A DNA stretch of 48,653 nt from Candidatus Hermodarchaeota archaeon (GTDB lineage Archaea; Asgardarchaeota; Hermodarchaeia; Hermodarchaeales; Hermodarchaeaceae), in contig JAEOUH010000020.1 of NCBI GenBank assembly GCA_016839365.1, forward strand, positions 1 to 48,653. Direction: 5' to 3'. Positions 38,362-46,624 of the stretch are shown here, piece after piece. Under the pieces are notes generated by a model that saw only the letters and a program-made list of their open reading frames with translations, did no database searches and had not been told where the DNA came from. The position numbers were made by a program, and so were the translations under genes. The first letter of the stretch is position 1, and each line of letters opens with the position of its first letter.

Positions 38362-38819
38362 CCTCGTTGTATCTGATCCCAACCAGCAAAGCGTTTCACC
38401 CAATCTTTAGCTGTGCGCTCAAAGGCTATTGGGTTCTGCTTTGCTTCCCGTGATGCCCGTTGATTCAAAGGATCGTCAGGATTGGGGAAATTTAAAAGAT
38501 TACGAAGCGTTTCCACGACACCGGTAAGTGACATGCTGGGGAGCCAATCTTTTCCTAAAATACCCACACAGACTCGACTTCTATAGATATTGGGATGCCA
38601 TATCTGAGTGATAAATTGTACCTGTGGGGGTTCATAAGGGAAGGATCGGGGAACATTGATTTGTACAACAAAGACACCATTATCATAAATACCAGTGCCC
38701 AGAATAAATCCACGCCATCGTCGGAGGTCGCCTTGGATAGGCTGGAACGACGGTTCCTCGGTTTCCATATTCTTAGCTTCAAGGGCTAATCTTGCCCAAT
38801 AATCCTCTTCTGATAACAT
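38358..38819 (-). CDS. Ubiquitin-conjugating enzyme E2
   Basis: W.G.I.G...Y..G.F, FPYEPPQVQF, WHPNI....VC (catalytic Cys), DW.P, PNPDDPLN. Confidence 0.95.
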   Translation of the reverse strand: MLSEEDYWARLALEAKNMETEEPSFQPIQGDLRRWRGFILGTGIYDNGVFVVQINVPRSFPYEPPQVQFITQIWHPNIYRSRVCVGILGKDWLPSMSLTGVVETLRNLLNFPNPDDPLNQRASREAKQNPIAFERTAKDWVKRFAGWDQIQRG

Positions 38820-39017
38820 GTGGACAGCGCCTCTGCCTAGATAAGCCGGTCCCCATTACACTAACCAATTGCGTATGTCGTAAATACCTTTTCGGTTGGT
38901 AGTGATAGAAATTTCATTTGCTCAAGGCAAACGCAGAATGCATCAGGTCCTAATATTAAGGGATGAGGATAAAATAGGGGGGGCGACTGAGATCGAAACC
39001 GTTAGGTTTAGCTAGTC

Positions 39018-39254
39018 CTAGCCGCCCTCTGTCCTCGTAATGAGGTACAGCTTATCGTGGGGTGTGATGCCAACACTCTTGATTGTCTGTTCATCGGTTA
39101 GTTGGGCTCCACGGTATGCGAGGATAACGATGTTTGGCGGTATCCGGCGCATTTGAGCCACACGGTTCCGAATCTCCCCAACCGTAGTGTTTGGTTCGAC
39201 TTCAAGAGCAATGGGGTCACTGCCACCAATCGCTGGTACAACTTCTATTCGCAT
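39018..39254 (-). CDS. Ubiquitin (eukaryote-like), encoded in mature form ending Gly-Gly
   Basis: I.LEVEP.TTV..I, IPP, L.Y.G.QL.D..TI, C-terminal RTEGG-stop; 78 aa. Confidence 0.93.
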   Translation of the reverse strand: MRIEVVPAIGGSDPIALEVEPNTTVGEIRNRVAQMRRIPPNIVILAYRGAQLTDEQTIKSVGITPHDKLYLITRTEGG

Positions 39255-39267
39255 TTTTAACCACCGA

Positions 39268-39519
39268 CTATTTTCTAACCGGTTTCAACCTTCGTATGTT
39301 AATGCGGTGCCGACAGATGGGACAAGAGCCTTTCATCTTCACCCATTCTGCTAGATGTCGATAATGGGCAGGATTCCCGCAATGCGGGCAATGGACCATT
39401 TGTTCACCATCACGGATTTGGAGCCGACAGACACAACACATGTCAGTGGACTTGGTCCAATCCCATCGGCCAATTTCTTTCACCGATGAAATAACGAACC
39501 GTCCCGCTGCTTGTGTCAT
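39268..39519 (-). CDS. Small RING-type E3 ligase, Rbx1/Apc11-like (83 aa from ATG 39519; ORF open to 39663)
   Basis: CCVC...CPHCGNPAHYRH..EW....CPICR; N-terminal RFVISS.....WDW strand. Confidence 0.85.
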   Translation of the reverse strand: MTQAAGRFVISSVKEIGRWDWTKSTDMCCVCRLQIRDGEQMVHCPHCGNPAHYRHLAEWVKMKGSCPICRHRINIRRLKPVRK

Positions 39520-39720
39520 GGTTAGGCCCCTTATTCGGTTCCGCTTGGGCTTTTCTTCTAGATGCGTTCTTAAAAAACTATGGAAATGCGGCAACCCCAA
39601 GTGTGATTCTGGATTTTTCGTGAATGACCCAGTCTTTTCTAATCTTTTCACCAAACGAATCAAAGCTTAAAAGTCTGAGGTGAGTAAACTTGAATGAGAG
39701 CTTCGGGGGTTACTTGAATC

Positions 39721-40257
39721 GTGTCCGCTGATCCACCCAAATATGCGATAGAAATTGAAGCCATCAAAACGCCAAAGGGGTTAGTCCCTACTGTCGAGTC
39801 CCTGAAGCGTATTGTGAAAGGTTTGAACTTACTCGATTCTGACCTTGGACGGATGAATCTAAAGATGGAGGCGAATATTCGAGCCCTCCTCCGGGAGGTC
39901 AAAACATTGCAGAAGCTGGTAGCTGATGATACCATCGCGTCGGAGTCTTCGGTTGAACGGTTGGGCGTATTGGTCGACCGGTTCGAGGACTTGGAGAAGA
40001 CCATGGATAAAGTCGCGAAAAGCAAACCCGAATCAGGTTCCAAGGAATTACGGGAACTGCAGAAGGAACTTGTTCCCACCTTGACTCAGGCCGTGCAGCG
40101 ACTTGAGGAAATGGTCACTATCTTTGAAACGCGGTTTGAGGAATTTCTCCGCGAACTTCAGGGAAATATCTTGATTACCGTCCGACAAGCCGTTAAAGCG
40201 GAAACGCCTAAAAAGAATGTGCTGTCCAAGAAGAAGACTAAGAGTAGTTCAACATAA
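39721..40257 (+). CDS. Coiled-coil hypothetical protein leading the ESCRT-I/II operon
   Basis: 178 aa heptad-rich with Lys-rich tail; co-oriented with vps23. Confidence 0.7.
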   Translation: MSADPPKYAIEIEAIKTPKGLVPTVESLKRIVKGLNLLDSDLGRMNLKMEANIRALLREVKTLQKLVADDTIASESSVERLGVLVDRFEDLEKTMDKVAKSKPESGSKELRELQKELVPTLTQAVQRLEEMVTIFETRFEEFLRELQGNILITVRQAVKAETPKKNVLSKKKTKSSST

Positions 40258-40340
40258 CTTACTTTGGCAGGCTCTAGTTGCCAAAGATTAAATGTCCGCT
40301 CTCACAGGAAGAATTCAAACAGATATCATGGTGTGTTTCA

Positions 40341-41096
40341 ATGGCACAGGCTATGAGAAGTCAAACAGAATTGGCGATTGCACGCGAAGCCCAGTTAATG
40401 TACCGTCGTGCACCCACCTTTGCGCCCGTTGAGTCCAATCTCCGTCGTTGGCGTGGGAAGATTAAGGGTGGACCACGGGGTAAAGACGAGTTTCTCGTCG
40501 AGATCATTGTCCCTGCAAACTTTCCAGCTCAACCACCAGTTGCTCGAATGCTTGCTCCAACAAAACATCCCCGAGTCGACTCTGAGTCTGGAGCTATCCA
40601 TCTTCGAATAGTTACTCAATGGCAACCTCATTATCACGTCTACCAGGTGGTTAATAGCATCAAGGGTCTTTTCGCCCGCGAACCTCCTGTGCCAGATGCA
40701 ACCCGAGAAGTTCCAAAGGTTACAATGCCTCCCGAAGAGGAAGTCCTCCAACAACGCTTTCAGCAGCTTGAACGCGATGTCTCAAGCCTTACTAAGAAGG
40801 TACAGGACCGTGATGAACAAATCGCCCGAATGTCTGCTCAAATCGACACGGGGTCGTTAACTACTGGCGAAGTCACTGACGAAGAAGAACTCGATGCACT
40901 GATTCTTCCAACGGATGCAAAAGAAAGGGAGAAGCTTGAGCTCGAGAGTGAAAAACTAGCCATCTCTGACCTTTTACAGAATCTTGAGCAGAAGTTTGAT
41001 GCTGCAGAAATTACCTCCACTGAATATACTAAGTTGTACAAACGATACAAGAAACGACTCTACCAAATCGACAAAGCGCTTGAAAAATATCAATAA
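40341..41096 (+). CDS. vps23: Vps23/TSG101-like ESCRT-I subunit (UEV + coiled-coil + steadiness box)
   Basis: UBC fold lacking Cys (KHPRVD..SGAIHL), F..EPPV, coiled-coil stalk, AISDLL..L...F....I....Y.K.Y steadiness-box helices. Confidence 0.88.
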   Translation: MAQAMRSQTELAIAREAQLMYRRAPTFAPVESNLRRWRGKIKGGPRGKDEFLVEIIVPANFPAQPPVARMLAPTKHPRVDSESGAIHLRIVTQWQPHYHVYQVVNSIKGLFAREPPVPDATREVPKVTMPPEEEVLQQRFQQLERDVSSLTKKVQDRDEQIARMSAQIDTGSLTTGEVTDEEELDALILPTDAKEREKLELESEKLAISDLLQNLEQKFDAAEITSTEYTKLYKRYKKRLYQIDKALEKYQ

Positions 41097-41120
41097 AACA
41101 GTCATTCAGAGTCGATTGCT

Positions 41121-41768
41121 ATGGCAGTGCGTGAAAAGAAACGACAAAAACCGGCTAAGGTTGTTGAATTGGAGGCAGAACTCTATGGCACGATAGCAAC
41201 TCTTGACAGTATTTCTGAGAAGTTCGATGAGGGTGATCTTCAACCCGCAATCTACAAACGTCAATTCAAATCCCTTGTCCGAGATACCATCAAGACACGT
41301 CAAATACTTGAGGCAGAGGGTGAAAGTTGGGACCAGTTCGTCGAGGATGAAAAGATTGTCGAACGGTTTCCCACTGCAGTCGAGAAACTCCAACTTGAAC
41401 AGCGTGCTCCTGAAGGAGAAGAAACTGTTAAACTAGCTCCCCAGACTTCTGCTCGAATGGCGGCGAAAACAGCAGATATTGTCTCGGATTTAATTACACT
41501 TATTGATATCGCCAAACTCGGTGACGTAGCAAAAATGAGCCTTATTGTACCACTCTTGGATGATGCTATCATTCTGCTGACAAAGTATCCTAACTTCCCA
41601 CCCCAGTATTGGATTCTGGTAGCGCTCAAAGATTGGCGGAACCAGCTGCAAGACCGCGATCCTCATGAAACCCTTTCACCTGAAGAGGCTAAACAGTTGG
41701 AGTTCCAAGCGGTCCGATGGCTGAATGATTTCAAGCGACGGCTCCGAGAGATGGCGGTTGATGAATAG
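41121..41768 (+). CDS. vps28: Vps28-like ESCRT-I subunit
   Basis: AELYGTIATLD.I...F..GD....Y......L N-domain, FP.A..KL, C-terminal four-helix bundle LITLID..KL...W...L...LS.EE.KQL.F. Confidence 0.88.
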   Translation: MAVREKKRQKPAKVVELEAELYGTIATLDSISEKFDEGDLQPAIYKRQFKSLVRDTIKTRQILEAEGESWDQFVEDEKIVERFPTAVEKLQLEQRAPEGEETVKLAPQTSARMAAKTADIVSDLITLIDIAKLGDVAKMSLIVPLLDDAIILLTKYPNFPPQYWILVALKDWRNQLQDRDPHETLSPEEAKQLEFQAVRWLNDFKRRLREMAVDE

Positions 41769-41787
41769 ATGTTGAGGCAGAAAGCTG

Positions 41788-42081
41788 ATGGTACACCCAA
41801 TGCGTTCCTTTGCAGAAATGCGCGAACGGTTGGTGAACGCCATCAATAAAGCGAATCTGCGCATCAACGCTGAATACATCCTAGAAGATTTAGACGTTGT
41901 CGCTGCCTTTGCGGAAGCGATGCTCGGTCCCGATCACCCGGTCACCCAAGAAACCCAGGAATGGTACGAATACTTCTGGGCAAAATATGGTAACAATCTT
42001 ACCCAACATGTGGAGGAATTAGAAGCGCGACGATTCGCAATGCGAGCTGAAACCTGGCTCAACTATATTCGGCAAATATGA
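41788..42081 (+). CDS. Small helical protein resembling a stand-alone Vps28 C-terminal domain
   Basis: Aligns by eye with the C-terminal domain of the adjacent Vps28 (A(D/E)....L(I/V)..I(D/N).A.L; I...LD; P......W; EA(K/R).....A..WLN). Confidence 0.6.
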   Translation: MVHPMRSFAEMRERLVNAINKANLRINAEYILEDLDVVAAFAEAMLGPDHPVTQETQEWYEYFWAKYGNNLTQHVEELEARRFAMRAETWLNYIRQI

Positions 42082-42094
42082 GGAGGAACATCAG

Positions 42095-42829
42095 ATGGGA
42101 CTTTGGGAAATCGAAAAGCAAATGGAAATGGATGCCGCCTACAAGAAGAAACGTGTTGAGCTCATGCTCAAAGAACTCGAACTCATGCTCCAAACAATTT
42201 CAGAACTACGCGATAAAGCAGACGCCTTCGAACAAACCTATGGGGAAGTCATCGAAGTCTCCCCAGAATATAGTGATAAGGCCGCTGCCATCGCCCACGA
42301 ACTCGGTATCACTATGCCGGGTATTCCATTCTCTGAAGACATGAAAGAAAAACCAGGTCTAATGGAACGGCTCACAGGTCGTGGTCGATTCTATGACGAA
42401 CTCGGTCTCCAAATCCTAGATATCGCCAAGCGACGACGGGAGGCTACAGGAGGCATCATGACACTGGCGGAAATTGTTCTCATCGTTAATAAACAAAGAC
42501 GTTCAAGTGTCTCCCAAGTCGATGTCGCCAAAGCCATCCAAAACCTTGCGAATGCCAAACTCATTCCAGGCATCCGAAAACTACCATCAGGGATTCGCAT
42601 TGTCGAACTGGTCCCACGAGAACTCACCAACGACCAGGTTGCCGTCCTCTCCCTCGCTAGTCGGTCCGGCTACACCACTCTGGAAGAAGTTATGACCCAA
42701 ACCAACTGGGCTCAAGAACGGGCCGATGCAGCCCTCAAAAGCCTTGAATCTGTTGGAGCTGCAAAAATCGATGAGTCCTTTGTCCATGGAAAACGGTACT
42801 TCTTTCCTGGACTCAATCCAACGGAATAA
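42095..42829 (+). CDS. vps22: Vps22/Snf8 (EAP30) ESCRT-II subunit
   Basis: MGL N-terminus, FYDELGLQI.DI....RE.TGGIM.L.E, S..DV.KAI..L, VP.EL..DQ..VL, W..ERA..AL..L...G...ID, YFFPG. Confidence 0.9.
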   Translation: MGLWEIEKQMEMDAAYKKKRVELMLKELELMLQTISELRDKADAFEQTYGEVIEVSPEYSDKAAAIAHELGITMPGIPFSEDMKEKPGLMERLTGRGRFYDELGLQILDIAKRRREATGGIMTLAEIVLIVNKQRRSSVSQVDVAKAIQNLANAKLIPGIRKLPSGIRIVELVPRELTNDQVAVLSLASRSGYTTLEEVMTQTNWAQERADAALKSLESVGAAKIDESFVHGKRYFFPGLNPTE

Positions 42830-42847
42830 TTCGATTCTAATAGATCA

Positions 42848-43576
42848 TTAGACGAGAACTTCGACCACTTCACGTTCTCGGTCCAACCATTTTGCCTGTT
42901 TACGCTCAACCAGGCGTTCTAAGATAATGCGTAACTCGGATTTAGGTAAGCTAGCCAAATCTTTTCGATATTCCTTCAGTTTAAAGAGCGTAAAGGTGGT
43001 TCGTCCAGTTTTCAACGCCCATTGACGAATCTCGTTCGCCCATTCATCATCCGTCTTCCAGGTAATCCGGACAATCCCTTCTGCCTCGTCAATCCATCGT
43101 CCAAGCTCTTCTTTCACAAGCACGCCAAGGATAATCTTCACGGCCTTTATCCGGTCTGGGCGGATGTCATTGAAGGGATCCAACATGACCAGGGTGCGCG
43201 TCGAAACAATGTGTAACAGCATTTCACGGCAATAATCGACGGTGAACCCAGCCCATTCTGCACCCCATTGTTCGATATCAGATTCGGAGGTGGGAATGAC
43301 AAACATAAACCCGTACCGACCGCGTTTCGCAATCCATACAAATCGTTGACCCAGCTTTTCAACCACTTGCTGAGCCAGTTGTTCAAGCTGTTTTTCTTCC
43401 TCTTCGGTAACTGGCATGACCAGAACAGCCGTCTCGTCTTCTTGTTCTAGGCTTTTCATGTGTTCACGTGTCTTCTTGAGAAGGTCCAACCAATCTTCTT
43501 CTGTGAGCTCCGTATCTGCACGAAGATCATCTTTCTCCTTCTCTTTCACACGTTCCCGGGGCTTTTCCTTCGACAC
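42848..43576 (-). CDS. vps25: Vps25-like ESCRT-II subunit with charged N-terminal extension
   Basis: QW..EW..F..DYCR, I.WKT.DEWA.EI.QWA..TG....TLF.L, IL..LV....A winged helices; start probably GTG 43576. Confidence 0.8.
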   Translation of the reverse strand: MSKEKPRERVKEKEKDDLRADTELTEEDWLDLLKKTREHMKSLEQEDETAVLVMPVTEEEEKQLEQLAQQVVEKLGQRFVWIAKRGRYGFMFVIPTSESDIEQWGAEWAGFTVDYCREMLLHIVSTRTLVMLDPFNDIRPDRIKAVKIILGVLVKEELGRWIDEAEGIVRITWKTDDEWANEIRQWALKTGRTTFTLFKLKEYRKDLASLPKSELRIILERLVERKQAKWLDREREVVEVLV

Positions 43577-43586
43577 GTTTGTTCCC

Positions 43587-44744
43587 CTATGAACCATGGG
43601 TGTTATCCCATTCAATATATCGCGCTTGCTCTTCAGGTGACACGACCGATCGGATGTTTTGCAAAGCCTCAAGGAAATCTTGCAGATTTACCGCCCTGGC
43701 CATGACTTCTTTATCGCGAATGGCACCTGATGCATCTAATTCACGAATGGGTTGCAGGGACGCCTCTCGGCAAATGAGTGCGATATCTGAGCCCGCGTAT
43801 CCATCAGTTTTTTCACCGAGGAAGTTAAAGTCCACATCCGGCGCCAAATCAATGCCCTTGGTATGAATCTCGAAGATCCGCACCCGGGCCTCAAATTCCG
43901 GAATCGGCACCAAAATTCGTCGCTCAAACCGCCGACGAAACGCCGCATCCAGATCCCATGGACGATTCGTAGCACCTAACACGACGATATGATCATCCTT
44001 CTTGCTCTTCATCCCATCCATCTCAATTAAGAACTGTGTTTTCAACCGCCGCTCACCGCCCACCTGATCCGCACCACGTTCCGCAGTCAGCGCATCGACT
44101 TCGTCCATAAACACAATCGCTGGCTGCTCTTTTCGGGCTGACATGAAGAGATTTTTTACTAGCCGCTCAGATTCACCCAGCCACTTCGAAACAAGAGACG
44201 CTGCATCTGCGTTGAAGAAAGTACAACCCGCTTCATTTGCCACCGCTTTGGCGATTAGGGTCTTTCCACAGCCCGGTGGACCGAAGATCAACACGCCTTT
44301 CCACGGGCGCCTAGCCCCCGTAAACAAGTCAGGCCGTAATAACGGTAAGATGACGGATTCGCGGAGCGCTTGTTTTGCTTCCTCAAGGTTCGCCACGTCC
44401 TCCCACTTGACATCAGGTTTCTCTTTGATAATCATGCTATCGATGTCTTCTTGCAGTTCCTTCTCATCCTGATCTTCAATCTCCACTCCCTCAAAGTCAG
44501 GGGCTGGTCCCCCCGCAGGGATCCTTGCACTCCTCAAAGTCTTCGCACGCGCCACATATTGATCAGCGCGCTCAAGGGCGATTCGACGGAGTTGTGGATT
44601 CTTGGATACTTTCATGACCCGCACGAGGATATCAGCGGCTTCAATGTACTTGGACATCGCCGCAGAGCGCTTCCCCTGCTGGTCTAAGACTAGGGCTTCA
44701 TTGGCTTTTGCTTCGGCAAGCTGAAACATCGCTGAGCTGGTCAA
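43587..44744 (-). CDS. vps4: Vps4 AAA+ ATPase (MIT + AAA)
   Basis: MIT (A...D.QG....A...Y...Y..RA..L), EKPDVKWEDVANLE.AK.AL.E.VILP, PWKGVL.FGPPGCGKT, LVSKWLGESE, DEVD, ATNRPWDLD.AFRRRFE. Confidence 0.95.
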   Translation of the reverse strand: MTSSAMFQLAEAKANEALVLDQQGKRSAAMSKYIEAADILVRVMKVSKNPQLRRIALERADQYVARAKTLRSARIPAGGPAPDFEGVEIEDQDEKELQEDIDSMIIKEKPDVKWEDVANLEEAKQALRESVILPLLRPDLFTGARRPWKGVLIFGPPGCGKTLIAKAVANEAGCTFFNADAASLVSKWLGESERLVKNLFMSARKEQPAIVFMDEVDALTAERGADQVGGERRLKTQFLIEMDGMKSKKDDHIVVLGATNRPWDLDAAFRRRFERRILVPIPEFEARVRIFEIHTKGIDLAPDVDFNFLGEKTDGYAGSDIALICREASLQPIRELDASGAIRDKEVMARAVNLQDFLEALQNIRSVVSPEEQARYIEWDNTHGS

Positions 44745-44785
44745 TTCTGTTCAACCTATCATGAACACTTAACTTATCTCTGGAA

Positions 44786-44842
44786 AACGCCTTCTTTAGT
44801 CTTTGTGGGTACGCATTAGCGGATGGCAAATTTTGCAGGTTA
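44786..44842 (+). repeat. Degenerate direct repeat, copy A (vps4 upstream region)
   Basis: 49/57 ungapped identity to 46568-46624; last 20 bp (ATGGCAAATTTTGCAGGTTA) identical. Confidence 0.85.
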
Positions 44843-45032
44843 GCTTTCTTATCCTGAGAAACGACAATTAATCCATTGGTATTCTGCGCTTTCTCAGATT
44901 GGTCAAGCTTCTCAATACAGAAAGGGAATCAGCTTTCTTCGAAATCTTCTAGATTTAAAAGGTTCAATGTTGTACGCCTTCAAAAACTGATACATCATTG
45001 GAAGTCTAACATAAATCTGGAGAGTTCATATT

Positions 45033-45389
45033 ATGACAAAAAACGCATATCAACGCGTTGGTGAATTGTTAATCCTTATTGGTTCTATTATCGCATTAAT
45101 TTTCGGAATACTCTTACTCATCCCTGGTGTTGGGATCCGATTTGTCCCCTGGTGTGCCCATTGTTTACCTTTTGTTGCTGGGTTCTTTGGAGTAGAATGG
45201 CTCTTTGGCGTAATCGTTATCATCCTTTCTATCATTACAATGGCTACATCCGGATTCATCAATCTCCCCTGGAAACTTGAACGAAACTGGCTCATTCCGC
45301 TGATACTCGGTATCTTCATGTCAATATTTGGCGGAGATGTTGGTGCAATTCTAGTAATTATTGGAGCCATTGTACTAATTTTTGTTTAA
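45033..45389 (+). CDS. Small hypothetical membrane protein (3-4 TM)
   Basis: 118 aa, strongly hydrophobic, GGAG RBS. Confidence 0.75.
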   Translation: MTKNAYQRVGELLILIGSIIALIFGILLLIPGVGIRFVPWCAHCLPFVAGFFGVEWLFGVIVIILSIITMATSGFINLPWKLERNWLIPLILGIFMSIFGGDVGAILVIIGAIVLIFV

Positions 45390-45408
45390 AAGAGGGTTAA
45401 CTTTTCTG

Positions 45409-45434
45409 GTTATCGTCCGTAAGGACGCCTTCTT
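45409..45434 (+). repeat. Partial third copy of the repeat (left part)
   Basis: GTTATCGTCCGTAAGGACGCCTTCTT vs GTTATCGGCCGCAAGAACGCCTTGTT at 46553 (22/26). Confidence 0.65.
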
Positions 45435-45816
45435 AAATATGGTCTACTCCATAAAACTCGGTAGCTTCAAATCGTCAAATCTTATTGCTCAAGTGAAATT
45501 CGAAAGTACAAGTTTTTGTTATTAGCTAGTGCTTGGAATTTTATGGTAATAGAATCTCTACATCGTTGCATTAATCTCTCCGATTTAGGGGTTGATGAAG
45601 AATTGCACCTGAGTTTTTTTGTTGGGAACAGCTATTGGAGCATAAATCTCCAGGGTTTCTATTCTCTTAGGGGTAAGTGGAACGACCAATGGTTCAGGAA
45701 GTAGGAAGTTGTTTAGTGTGGCAAAGAGCACACCATTTTGCAAATAAATTTCCATAGCAAACACATTTTTGAATCTAAAGGAGAAGACACGGATATGTGG
45801 AGAATATTGTGCCCAA

Positions 45817-46410
45817 TTATTCTTGAACACTAAGCTGCTTCTGATTTGGTTCAAAGACGAAGAGAATTGTGCCTAAGTGTGATCGTTTATATGCACGATG
45901 GTTGGGATCGATTTCAGTGAGGACCTGAGAATTCACTGCTTTTATACTCGTATTAAAAATAAGCCAGTCCCAAATCTTCGAATAGTAGTGCATCCACGTA
46001 TTTGGCTGAAAATCAAATAGAAACAGTTTATCCGCGACTCGGGTTCCCTCAGATATAAGGGCACGAATATTACACACGTGATGAGCAAGGTAAACGCCCC
46101 AAGTTCTACCGAAAACGTGATCACGGAAAGGAAGACAAGTTGCATCGCAAATAACATCGAGGTCCGGTAAGGGGGTCAAATCAGTTCGTATGCAGTTGCC
46201 GAGACCATAACTAGCAGAGCCGCCTTCTGATCCAATCTCCAGTGTGAGATGATTTTTTAGAAAAGGTAATATGTCAAGAGCGCCTCGTACCGCCTTTACA
46301 AAGGGGTTATAGCTATTAGACTTGTGAATTTTTTGAATTCGTGATTGGTGCTGTTTGTCTCGGTGGTTCAATATAAATGCTAAAATCATTCCCGGATCAA
46401 TAAAGGGCAT
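45817..46410 (-). CDS. Class I SAM-dependent methyltransferase-like protein
   Basis: LEIGSEGG, TD, CDATCLPFRDHVF, AHHV, FDF; GGAGG RBS. Confidence 0.75.
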   Translation of the reverse strand: MPFIDPGMILAFILNHRDKQHQSRIQKIHKSNSYNPFVKAVRGALDILPFLKNHLTLEIGSEGGSASYGLGNCIRTDLTPLPDLDVICDATCLPFRDHVFGRTWGVYLAHHVCNIRALISEGTRVADKLFLFDFQPNTWMHYYSKIWDWLIFNTSIKAVNSQVLTEIDPNHRAYKRSHLGTILFVFEPNQKQLSVQE

Positions 46411-46552
46411 TACTAAGCCTCCTCTGTTTTTTATCAAATATTTTGATCATAGGAGAACTTTCAATATTTTATTATCGCAATGAAAGAAACATATATCCTT
46501 AATACTTTAAAAATATGCAAAGCTGATAAAACGCCCCTGGGAAAATTAATCC

Positions 46553-46624
46553 GTTATCGGCCGCAAGAACGCCTTGTTTATTTTTTGCGGGTGCGCACTA
46601 GCATATGGCAAATTTTGCAGGTTA
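46553..46624 (+). repeat. Degenerate direct repeat, copy B (upstream of the methyltransferase gene)
   Basis: Matches 44786-44842 (49/57) and 45409-45434 (22/26). Confidence 0.85.

Noticed and set aside
38855-38907. Possible hairpin in the ubiquitin-E2 intergenic gap
   Set aside because: About 12 bp relying on G.U pairs and a bulge, on the non-coding strand; compatible with chance
45585-45854. 89-aa minus-strand ORF downstream of the methyltransferase
   Set aside because: Could be a gene fragment, but no recognisable motif and it overlaps the upstream gene end
44786-46624. CRISPR array or bona fide integron attC sites
   Set aside because: Only 2-3 degenerate copies spaced 0.6-1.1 kb apart, no cas or intI gene in the window, and no clear attC R''/R' hairpin; kept only as a generic repeat
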